This document shows, in pieces, positions 23,801 to 34,575 of a stretch of 64,000 bases of DNA. This DNA is from Macrostomum lignano (taxonomy: Eukaryota): contig NIVC01000231.1 of NCBI GenBank assembly GCA_002269645.1, positions 1-64,000 on the forward strand. Direction: 5' to 3'. The position numbers and the translations under genes were made by a program. Every line of letters begins with the position of its first letter. Positions within the stretch are counted from its first letter, which is position 1. The notes under the pieces are model-generated. The model had not been told where the DNA came from. It was given only the letters and a program-made list of their open reading frames with translations, and ran no database searches.

Positions 23801-26800
23801 CTTTACCCTCTCCCACTCTGTACCCTATCTCCCTCTGTACCCTATCTCCCTCTGTACCCTATCTCCCTCTGTACCCTATCTCCCTCTGTACCCTATCTCC
23901 CTCTGTACCCTATCTCCCTCTGTACCCTATCTCCCTCTGTACCCTATCTCCCTCTGTACCCTATCTCCCTCTATACCCTATCTCCCTCTGTACCCTATCT
24001 CCAGCTCTGTCCCTCTCACCTCTGTACCCTCTCCCCCTTATGTAACCTTGTAACCTCATGTGTACATATTTACTAGCGACTGATTGAAACTAACTTAACC
24101 ACACAGACGTGTCATTATTTTATAAACAAATAGTCGCAACACATTACCCTTCTAGAGGATTAGTGTATGAATCCTTCAGTAAGTTAGATATCAAGCTTTC
24201 GTGAGCCAGTTCCAACTAACTTTATATAGATGCCAAATCGACCAAAATCTTTACATCTTTCGCAGCACGAAGGCAATCTTAGGCTGTTTTTTAACAACCG
24301 GGACATTGCCGAGATCGAGATGCCAGCCGACGAATCGCCGCTGTACAACGCGCCTAGCTACACTCTGCCGTTGCGCCTGGGCCTCATCAACCGGCAGGAA
24401 GGCATCGAGCAGATTCGTCGGATTAAAACTTACGAGGATTTCGTGAGTAATGAAGTCTGACATTCGGTTGATTGGCTTTAGTTTTTGTATGGACAATAAA
24501 GATTAGGACTCAATTGATCCCGGTTGAAAACGTTACCGTGACCAGAATCGCTAAAGAGTCATTGGAAGGTTGAAAACGTTACCGTGACCAGAATTGCTAA
24601 AGAGTCATTGGAAGGTTGAAAATGTTACCGTGACCAGAATCGCTAAAGAGTCATTGGAAGGTTGAAAACGTTACCGTAACCAGAATCGCTAAAGAGTCAT
24701 TGGAAGGTTGAAAACGTTACCGTGACCAGAATCGCTAAAGAGTCATTGGAAGGTTGAAAACGTTACCGTGACCAGAATCGCTAAAGAGTCATTGGAAGGT
24801 TGAAAACGTTACCGTGACCAGAATCGCTAAAGAGTCATTGGAAGGTTGAAAACGTTACCGTGACCAGAATTGCTAAAGAGTCATTGGAAGGTTGAAAACG
24901 TTACCGTGACCAGAATCGCTAAAGAGAGTCATTGGAAGGTTGAAAACGTTACCGTGACCAGAATTGCTTAAGGAGTCATTGGAAGGTTGAAATTACGTTA
25001 CCGTGACCAGAATCGCTAAAGAGAGTCATTTAAACAACTCTCTAGTGACTCTGGCGACTCTGTAGCAGCTCTTGTGACTTTTTAACGATTTAAACGACTT
25101 GAGCTGCAACATAGAAGCGACTGTTGAGTTGAGTCACGAGAGCATCACACGAGTTGCAGAATCGTAAAAGAGTCCGAATACGTCGTCCAAAAGTTGTTGT
25201 GTTATAGCGCTTAATTTTTTTACTATCGCAGATGCGCTTCGGACACAACTCAGTGATTCTACAGCGACTCTGGCGCCGCCTCAGATACGACTCCACGACC
25301 CCCAGAGTCATTTCAGAGTTGTAGGCAATAAAATGCCTGAAATTAACTCTTAGGCGACTGTTTGACGATTTTTTGGCGACTTGTTTTGTGGCATTTCGTC
25401 GTTTTAGAGTCGACGACACAAGTTACTCTAGGACGTTCACTTCTTAAGCCTATACTAGGTATCATTTTTATCACTGAAAATGTACTTTTCAGACTCGCGG
25501 ATTCAATCGCGATTTCAAATACTTCTACGCCCCAATTAATTCAACTTCTCCGGATGGCACCATCTCTCGCGCGACTCCGTTCTCACTGGCACTGGTGTTA
25601 CCATGGCAACGAGGTAGTCAATGGCCGCCGCCGCTAGCATATCGCAGCTCACAGTCGGGCGCCCTGCCAAGCGAAGGCGCCAGTCCTGAGACGTTGGAAC
25701 GCCTGCTTCAATTAGGACCCAATGGTACTCGGACTTGCGTACCGGTTGGAGCGGCTGGTAGTTACGGAATCGGCCTGAGCGGCTACGAGTTTTGCGCCTT
25801 CCCCGCTCACCTGCTGGGTGACTACAATTTGAATCCGATTTGCGCTCTGGAGAAGGTGCTGGCCAGTCCGGAGGCGAACAGGACCAGCATGAACTGCTCG
25901 GCTGAGTTTCTTCGACGAGTTGTAACGGATGCGTTGAGTACTGAGGAGGCCCAGAGAATCTGGCGGGCTGTGGACAATGCTACAATGGAGGTGAGGCTTG
26001 AATATAGCGGAGCTGCTGACCCAGTGGCGTTAGCCAGGGGGGAGGGCAATGGGGGCCTCGTCCGCTGATTGGGCGTCCCTATTCCCGATTTTAGCTGTTC
26101 TCCAGCAAGCTTCATCGCCCCTTATCGAAGAGAGAAGAAAGGAGTGATAAGAGAAGGGAAATGAGATTAGAGGGAAGAGAATGTTAAAGAGAAGAGAGAA
26201 GATTGAAGAGAAAAGGGAAGAGATAAGAGAAGGGAGAGAATGTTAAAGAGAAGAGAGAAGATTGAAGAGAAAAGGGAAGAGATAAGAGAAGGGAGAGAGT
26301 GTTAAAGAGAAGAGAGAAGATTGAAGAGAAAAGGGAAGAGATAAGAGAAGGGAGAGAATGTTAAAGAGAAGAGAGAAGATTGAAGAGAAAAGGGAAGAGA
26401 TAAGAGAAGAGGGAAAAGATAAGAGAAGAGAAATGAGATTAGTGAGAAGAGAGCTGAGAAGATACAAACCTTGAGCGAGCCATATTGTTGCTATTGTGAA
26501 GTTTCAAAGGACCCGAGGGTCAGATACATGTATAGGCTTTGCGAGCCACATCTGGCCACAAAAAGTTAGTTCCAGAAAACTGCAATATTCTGAAAATTAC
26601 CGATGAATTCAGTGATTTATGAGCAAGTGCACTTACTTTCCATTACCCCATTTTGAACAGAGCTCGGGAGTCGATCTGTTCTTCCTGTGGACCAACACCG
26701 GTCTGTCCCGTTGGCACAACCGGACTCGACCTCTGCGCTCCGACTTCATGTCAAGCAGACGCAACGCCTCTCGAGAAGAGATGTACGAGAAGACGGTTCT

Positions 26801-29800
26801 ATTGTCAACTGAAGTTGAAGCCAACAGCGACCTATCGGTTATCACGGTGCCGCTGAGCCAGGAGGTGATGGCCAACATGAAAGCCAACAACACCTTTCCC
26901 AAAGCGTTCCCAGTCTATCTGACTTCGGTGATTCGCAGTCGAGTTGGCAGCAGCGGCGCCTGGTCCCCGATCGGCGTTGCTGGAGCAGAGATTGACTATG
27001 CGAAGCTGGAAGAATCATTTCTGAGCATCACTAGCGGTTGCGCAAGTCCCGGAGACACCAGCTGCGTCACCTGCTCAAGGTTGAACGTGCAGTGCTACCT
27101 GCTGGATCGCAGTGGATTTGTGGCTGTCTCCGAAGTTCGACACGATGTTGGCAGAGGATTCGATCAGGTCAACTGTGCCGCTATGAAGGCTCTGGTCCAG
27201 CAGGGATATTTTGAAAGGTGAGAATTTTGCTTTGATTGTATTAGGCACACCATGAGTACAATTGGAAGGGATCTGGATAGTTCTTGCCTATCATATTAGT
27301 TCGTAGAAATTATTGGATATAAAGTTGATGCGAGCATTTACAGCATTTTAACTTTTTTAATGGAAGTTATGAATAGTACATGTTTAAATGCAATTAAAAA
27401 ATCGCCTATTTTGTTTGAATCGTTTCAATTGCAGCATGCGAGTGTACGATTATCAGTCTATCTGCACTAACGTAACCATCACAGTTAAACGGGCTTCGAT
27501 TTCAATGCAAAATGTAAGTAAAACAAAGTTAATTTGAGCAATCGCTATGCGCAGTATAATACTTCTCTTAAATTATAAACAAATTTTCAGCCCATCAGAG
27601 CGACAGCTCGATTCACCGGCTGGTTGCTAATGCAAACATTTTTGTAAGTTTTAAACAAAAATCAACTCAAACGGTATTGTTTAACATCATCAGAAAGCCG
27701 AACGTTTATGCGTTATGTTTATTATGTTTAAATTCATTTCAGAATCTTATCGGATTCGGCTGTTTCAATTTTTCAAGCTCTAGCTCAGGCTGTCGATGGT
27801 AAGAAGAAAAAATGAATAATACTGCCTCTTCAGATTGATGAATTTGTAATTTCATAAAAAAATACTTACAGGTGTAATTCTTGCTTAAATTTAATAAAAA
27901 AACTAGATTTCACTTATCCATCTGCTTTTCACTCGTACTACTAATAAAGCAAGTAGTGCATTCATTATATACGTCTTTTTGATATATACTCGTACTGATA
28001 TTAGTTCCGCAGATTTTTCATTGAATTTGGCGCCGATTTTTCATGAGTTTGGCGCTGATTTTTCATTGAATTTAGCGCTGTTTCTTTCATTGAATTTGGC
28101 GCCGATTTTTTATCGAATTTGGCGCCGATTTTTAATTGAATTTGGCGCTGGTTTTTCATTAAATTTGGCGCTGATTTTTAATTAAAGTTGGCGCTGATTT
28201 TTCATTAAATTTGGCGCTGATTTTTCATTAAATTTGGCACCGATTTTTAATTGAATTTGGCGCTGGTTTTTCATTAAATTTGGCGCCGATTTTTAATTGA
28301 ATTTGGCGCTGATTTTTCATTAAATTTGGCGCTGATTTTTCATTGAATTTGGCGCCTATTTTTTAATGAATTTGGCTCCGATAATTTTTATTTGAATTTG
28401 GCGCTTATTCTTCATAAAATTTGGCGTATATATTTTTTTAATTTGGCACCGATTTTTTAATTAGTTTGGCGCTGATTTGAATTTGACATTGAATTTCTAA
28501 ACCAGACGCCGTCGTAGCCGTGTTTGGAGAGCCGCAGCCGACCACAGCCTTCGCGAAGTTGACCTCCAAGCAGTGCGACACCATCGAGAAGGAGAAGCCA
28601 CGCCGGCTGCTGCTTCTACGCGAAGAGATCGACAGCAAAGTTGACGAAGTTATTGAGAGACTTCACGCGAAATCAAATCCGCTGGACAAAACTGCCGAAG
28701 TGAAGAAGGCCCTGGTGCAGCCGTACTGCATCGCGATGCAGAGCGGCGATCAAGCGGCCTGCGCTCACCTGTGCAAGCGGCTTCGACAGAAACTGGAGAT
28801 CACCGTCTACGTTGACCTGTTGGGCAACTGTCCGAAACGTGTTGTCAAGGAGGTCGACTGCGTGCTGCGACGAAGTCTGGTGAAACGCCGATCAGCTTCG
28901 ACCGGGGCTGCAGCCAGTTCTAGGACGGGTGCGATTGAGAAGAGCTGCTCTCAGGACTTTGGCTACTGCCAGGGCTCTGCGGAGAGCTGCTCCGGGGATG
29001 CCACCTTGTAAGTACATGTATAAGCTTAGATAATAAAGTACGAGACGTGGAGCAGCTCAGCGCTATAGATACGTCCGAGTCTCGTACAAGGACAACTAAA
29101 GAAATGTATACAGGACGCGACACTCATGTTTCATATGGGAAAGAGTTTTGAAGGCCACTTTAGATAAATATTGGATACTACGGCTATGCAATTAACATTT
29201 CTTGTTTACAGATTCTACACGGCTAATCGAACTATTCGAAGAGTTAGAAATGCAGTTTAAGGCAACGTACATGTAACTAATTTTAGATAGTATTTAAGGC
29301 ATGCCGAAAATTTCGAAGGTCCCAGCGGAAAAAAGACATTTCCACGTGCATCTATTCAAAAGTGACATTGTTTAGAAAAGTGCATAGCCTTAAAAACATT
29401 TCCTATAAATTTAGAGTGTTGCGTCCTTTTACTTTAGTAGTCCTTGGTCATTGGTTTGCGCGGACATTTGGAGCTTGTGTGTGTTCACGATTCACACCCG
29501 TGAAGGGCCAACCAAAAAACAACAAAGTGTGTGTTGCCTGACAAATAGATGTAGAAGCTTTAAATCCGATCGATTTTGTTATAACGGTCTTTTCAAATCG
29601 ATTGATAAATCTAAATCTTAATAGTCTATTAAGACTGCTAAACACCCACCAAAATGCACTCAATGACCAACAATTCCGCAGCAAAGTGCACATCCGGGAT
29701 GTGCAAAGCACCAATTTAGTTTTCGTTGCGGTACAAGGCGACCCCAACTGCAATTGTCGAGGATGCAGTGACATCATTGGCGTCACGGAGCTGAGATCCG

Positions 29801-32294
29801 GCCCCAGCAACTATACTAAGCCGCGACCGCCGAGAGCGAATCCGCCTTGGGGACAGAAAGACATTCGGCTACAGGTGCAATTACAAAAATTTAATTAGGA
29901 TAATTTTATTTTCTAATACCGGTATAAAGATAAGATCCTCTGAATGCCTTCTTACTAATCTATTCCGTTTAGTTTAGACGCCTGTTTATCCCAGTTTATC
30001 CAGTCTGCACACGCCTGTTTATCCCAGTTTATCCAGTCTGCACGCCTGTTTATCCCAGTTTATCCAGTCTGCACGCCTGTTTATCCCAGTTTATCCAGTC
30101 TGCACATGCCTGTTTATCCCAGTTTATCCAGTCTGCACGCCTGTTTATCCCAGTTTATCCAGTCTGCACATGCCTGTTTATCCCAGTTTATCCAGTCTGC
30201 ACGCCTGTTTATCCCAGTTTATCTAGTCTGCACGCCTGTTTATCCCAGTTTATCCAGTCTGCACGCCTGTTTATCCCAGTTTATCTAGTCTGCACGCCTG
30301 TTTATCCCAGTTTATCCAGTCTGCACATGCCTGTTTATCCCACAGATACTAGAATAACCAGATAGGCCACTTAGCACATTTGCGTGTAAGCTACTTTCAG
30401 TTCAGTAGCAAGTTAAACAGAAGCATTTTAATGTATTTTTAAAGCCAAGGCTCATTTATTGCTCTTACCCCCCTGGGTCCATGAGAATTGCCCGCAGACA
30501 AATTGCCCGCCGAGATTTGCCCGCAGGAGATTTGCCCGTGGAGATTTGCCCGCCGAGCTTTTCCCGCGGAGATTTGCCCGCAGTGCATTTTGCCCGTGAG
30601 CGAATTGCCCGTGGAGATTTGCCCGCCGAGAATTGCCCGCCGAGATTTGCCCGCAGTGCAATTTGCCCGCGAGCGAGTTGCCCGCCGAGTTTTTTCCCGC
30701 CGAGGTTTGCCCGCAATGCTTTTTTCCTGCAGCGCATTTAGCAGCTAGATTCTGTCTGCATTGCCCCCCCCAAAAAATATGCATTTGATATGCAGTTACT
30801 ATCAAAGCGTTTTGATCGTGTAAATCTCTTTATTGAGATTTACTAAGCATTGGGAAGGCAATGCAGACAAAATCTGCCGCGTGGCTAAATGCGCTGCAGG
30901 AAAAAAGCATTGCGGGCAAACCTCGGCGGGAAAAAACTCGGCGGGCAACTCGCTCACGGGCAAAATGCACTGCGGGCAAATCTCCGCGGGAAAAGCTCGG
31001 CGGGCAAATCTCCACGGGCAAATCTCCTGCGGGCAAATCTCGGCGGGCAATTCGTCTGCGGGCATTTCTCGTGCTCCCTACCCCCCTCCCCCACTTAAAC
31101 CTCCAACCGCGCCTTTCCACACTACCCCCTCGCCCCGCCCCACCCTAATTTTTATTGCCTTTCTCGGGATTCCAGCCTAAAGCGGCCATGTACATTTCAG
31201 TGGACTGGCTAATGTACATTACTGCCGAACCAATTAGCAAGCTGTTTACGCCTGCAAGCTTGGGCTTCTAAACTTATCAAAGTCATTTCAGCTGCCTTTA
31301 TTTTTATAAAATAGCTTATGTATACTTCCTTGCTACTGAACTGAAAGTAGAAAGCTGTTTTACTAAGTATATATGCCTGAGTGGCCCATCTAGTTATTTT
31401 AGTATCTGTGGTTTATCCCAGTTTATCCAGTCGGCACACGCCTGTTTATCCCAGTTTATCCAGTCTGCACATGCCTGTTTATCCCAGTTTATCCAGTCTG
31501 CACACGCCTGTTTATCCCAGTTTATCCAGTCTGCACACGCCTGTTTATCCCAGTTTATCCAGTCTGCACACGCCTGTTTATCCCAGTTTATCCAGTCTGC
31601 ACACGCCTGTTTATCCCAGTTTATCCAGTCTGCACACGCCTGTTTATCCCAGTTTATCCAGTCTACACATGCCTGTTTATCCAGCCTGCACATGCCTGTT
31701 TATCCCAGTTTATCCAGTCTACACATGCCTGTTTATCCAGCCTGCACATGCCTGTTTATCCCAGTTTATCCAGTCTACACATGCCTGTTTATCCAGCCTG
31801 CACATGCCTGTTTATCCCAGTTTATCCAGTCTACACATGCCTGTTTATCCAGCCTGCACATGCCTGTTTATCCCAGTTTATCCAGTCTACACATGCCTGT
31901 TTATCCAGCCTGCACATGCCTGTTTATCCCAGTTTATCCAGTCTACACATGCCTGTTTATCCAGCCTGCACATGCCTGTTTATCCCAGTTTATCCAGTCT
32001 ACACATGCCTGTTTATCCAGCCTGCACATGCCTGTTTATCCCAGTTTATCCAGTCTACACATGCCTGTTTATCCAGCCTGCACATGCCTGTTTATCCCAG
32101 TTTATCCAGTCTGCACGCCTGTTTATCCAGCCTGAATGTGCATTTATTTCAGCAAATTTACAATAAAATAACCTACAACACCTTAACAGGACAATGCCAC
32201 AACCTGCAGCAAGAGAGCTATGAAAGGCCCGCAACCGCTTGGACTAAGGCTGCTTCTCCTACTCCCATTGATCATCGCCCAATTTCAACTTTGA
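11873..32294 (+). CDS. CACNA2D: Voltage-gated calcium channel auxiliary subunit alpha2delta (signal peptide, vWA, Cache domains, GPI-type C-terminus), ~25 exons, ~1454 aa
   Basis: Exons: 11873-11994, 13295-13373, 13461-13580, 13658-13720, 15736-15994, 16557-16770, 16860-17010, 18430-18507, 18896-19126, 19719-19853, 21061-21153, 22215-22499 (acceptor uncertain), 23417-23476, 23568-23732, 24266-24442, 25493-25990, 26661-27217, 27435-27513, 27591-27643, 27743-27798, 28506-29007, 29212-29242 (uncertain), 29441-29499 (uncertain), 29682-29874, 32190-32294. The total is 4365 nt, a multiple of 3. Motifs: AHVPSNIY, WQYFG, PKDMVILLDNSGSM (MIDAS), ISDG, GVAGVDVP, NNGHVLFHP, TPFSLALVLP, CYLLDRSGFV, YDYQSIC, TNLVFV, and a hydrophobic tail LRLLLLLPLII. 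Confidence 0.92.
12050..13210. repeat. 14-bp minisatellite (CTCTCATTCCGTCA) ending in a 28-bp dimer, alpha2delta intron 1
   Basis: Tandem units seen directly. Confidence 0.95.
13855..15670. repeat. 15-bp purine-rich minisatellite (GAGAGTAGTGAGGGG/T), alpha2delta intron
   Basis: About 1.8-kb array. Confidence 0.95.
16075..16480. repeat. ~14-bp CT-rich minisatellite (CTCTGTCCCTGTCT)
   Basis: Tandem units. Confidence 0.9.
18600..18828. repeat. 15-bp minisatellite (CCAGGGGCTTTAGCA)
   Basis: About 15 copies. Confidence 0.95.
19190..19600. repeat. ~21-23-bp minisatellite (GATTATCCACAATCTCACCCTT)
   Basis: Tandem units. Confidence 0.9.
19875..20870. repeat. ~34-bp minisatellite (GTAGAATCATGTAAACCTACCGCAGATAAATGGT)
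   Basis: About 29 copies. Confidence 0.95.
21700..22000. repeat. 12-bp CT-rich minisatellite (CTCTCTCTACTT)
   Basis: Tandem units. Confidence 0.9.
23812..24050. repeat. 17-bp minisatellite (CTCTGTACCCTATCTCC)
   Basis: Tandem units. Confidence 0.92.
24523..25030. repeat. 46-bp tandem repeat (GTTGAAAACGTTACCGTGACCAGAATCGCTAAAGAGTCATTGGAAG)
   Basis: About 11 copies, no spacers. Confidence 0.95.
26130..26460. repeat. ~59-bp GA-rich tandem repeat
   Basis: About 5 copies of ttaaagagaagagagaagattgaagagaaaagggaagagataagagaaggg. Confidence 0.85.
28010..28490. repeat. ~23-bp minisatellite (AATTTGGCGCTGATTTTTCATTG)
   Basis: About 20 copies. Confidence 0.92.
30341..31410. mobile_element. Non-autonomous TIR element with 8-bp TSD (P-like or hAT-like), inserted in an intronic minisatellite
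   Basis: TIRs CACAGATACTAGAATAACCAGATAGGCCACT / AGTGGCCCATCTAGTTATTTTAGTATCTGTG; TSD GTTTATCC (30333-30340, 31411-31418). Confidence 0.82.
30475..31078. mobile_element. MULE/Foldback-like MITE nested in the 30341-31410 element
   Basis: GGG...CCC ends; inverted arms of ~200-270 bp built from TTGCCCGC subrepeats; 9-bp TSD TACCCCCCT (30466-30474, 31079-31087). Confidence 0.8.
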
Positions 32295-33189
32295 GATTTC
32301 CGTTTATATAATACCTATAAATCAGCATTAAGATTTCTATTCCTAACAATACAAAAGACATGTTATAGCATAGCTAGCTATGATATCTCACTCTAAACCC
32401 TCCTCTTACATTATAGGCTCTGCCACATATACATGCTGCACATAGTTACTATACACGACGCTGCACACTCGCAATTTGTGCAAATTTAGCATGAGAAAAA
32501 TGCGGTTTAAGCTGCAAAAATGCATCAGCAATTTTCATTTTTCGATAAAATTTGTCTGTAGCAAAATCTTATTCAGACTGTGCACAAATAGAAGGGGAGA
32601 GACCTTCAGCAAACCATCGTAAAGTTTCAAAGGAACCCGACAGTCGGATAGAGAGCAAACTCTTAATCTAGATTGTAATTAAGGAGGTGAACTCAGTTGA
32701 AAGTCATTTTGCAGCAAGAACCAGCCTCTAGCTAAATGTGCAGTCAATCTCAACTAGTACAGAACCTCTAAAGTTGTAATTTTTTAAATCGTATAATCAT
32801 TCGCATTTTCATTCGTTATAATTGCATAACCGCACTAAATTAAACACTTACCTAGTTATACTACTGTACTCAAGCAGTAGGTAGGCACATGCCTAGTTTT
32901 TTCCCTTAAAATATCATTTCTTTAATATATGAAATATTTAGGCTATAACATCTTCATACAATGTTGTTCCATAACTATAACGTTCATAAATTTCAAAGTC
33001 ATCATCTAAGCCATGAAAATATTAAATACACTTGTTCTGTAGCTAGATTTTATAATATATCGATTGTTTCGAAAATTGTATTTGCGCTAATATTACACTG
33101 TCATTTCATATCTACACCAAAATAAATAATTCTGAGATCTGAACAAGCGATTTGGGATCTGTGAGATTGTAACTATCGGTAGGACATTC

Positions 33190-33950
33190 TAAAGCCAAAT
33201 GGGACATTGGGGATCTGGGAGATTCTAAAGCCAAATGGGACATTGGGGATCTGGGAGATTCTAAAGCCAAATGGGACATTGGGGATCTGGGAGATTCTAA
33301 AGCCAAATGGGACATTGGGGATCTGGGAGATTCTAAAGCCAAATGGGACATTGGGGATCTGGGAGATTCTAAAGCCAAATGGGACATTGGGGATCTGGGA
33401 GATTCTAAAGCCAAATGGGACATTGGGGATCTGGGAGATTCTAAAGCCAAATGGGACATTGGGGATCTGGGAGATTCTAAAGCCAAATGGGACATTGGGG
33501 ATCTGGGAGATTCTAAAGCCAAATGGGACATTGGGGATCTGGGAGATTCTAAAGCCAAATGGGACATTGGGGATCTGGGAGATTCTAAAGCCAAATGGGA
33601 CATTGGGGATCTGGGAGATTCTAAAGCCAAATGGGACATTGGGGATCTGGGAGATTCTAAAGACAGATGGGACATTGGGGATCTGGGAGATTCTAAAGAC
33701 AGATGGGACATTGGGGATCTGGGAGATTCTATAGCCAATGGGACATTTGGGGATCTGGGAGATTCTATAGCCAATGGCACATTTGGGGATCTGGGAGATT
33801 CAACAGCCAATGGGACATTTGGGGATCTGGGAGATTCAACAGCCAATGGGACATTGGGGATCTGGGAGATTCTATAGCCAATGGGACATTTGGGGATCTG
33901 GGAGATTCTATAGCCAATGGGACATTGGGGATCTGGGAGATTCTAGTTAT
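33190..33950. repeat. 36-bp minisatellite (GGGACATTGGGGATCTGGGAGATTCTAAAGCCAAAT) between the alpha2delta and TCTP 3' ends
   Basis: About 21 copies. Confidence 0.95.
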
Positions 33951-34575
33951 TAGGACACTACTGGGGATCTAGGAGGGATCATACCTTAAGCGCCTGCCTA
34001 TATTAAAAGCAGTAACATTTTAAACTCGACATACTCTCAGTAGTATGCAAAGTATTTGCAGTTTTCTCTGTCAAATAGTTAGTCCGCCACAATAAAATAG
34101 TAAATTGATTGAAATACAGTTTTATTTTATTTATTAAAACGTAATAACCGGACAGAATTGACGCGTAACCAAGGCGAGTTGAAACGCGATAGCAGACCAG
34201 AGACCCTACTAGTTCAGTAATAAATTTTGATCTAATAATTATAATTATTTAATCGAAATTCGTTCTGTCACGACAGCAATTAGCAATTAGACATTTCGGA
34301 ATAATAGTTACTTAATAATATAATAATAATTAAGGGCGCATTAGCAGTTAAATTATAATTGTATATTAATTAACTTAAATCGAGGAAACAGATGTTGGAA
34401 TTAAACACTGATCAAACTCAATAAGGTAATTAGGTTTAAACTTGGATTGCTGCAGTCTTACAAGCGGTTATTATTATTATTATTGTTGTTATTATTATTA
34501 GTTGCGGCAGAACATGGCAGGCTGCTTCGGGTGTTCCATTCCAACGATGCCAGTCGAGTATGCTGAACAGGGTCT

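Larger units (their letters stand above)
29978..32135. repeat. 31-33-bp minisatellite (CCTGTTTATCCCAGTTTATCCAGTCTGCACA) split by nested MITEs
   Basis: Array at 29978-30340 and 31411-32135. Confidence 0.92.

Noticed and set aside
24523-25030. 46-bp repeats starting GTTGAAAAC that resemble CRISPR repeats
   Set aside because: Units are contiguous with no unique spacers, there are no cas genes, and they lie in a spliceosomal intron.
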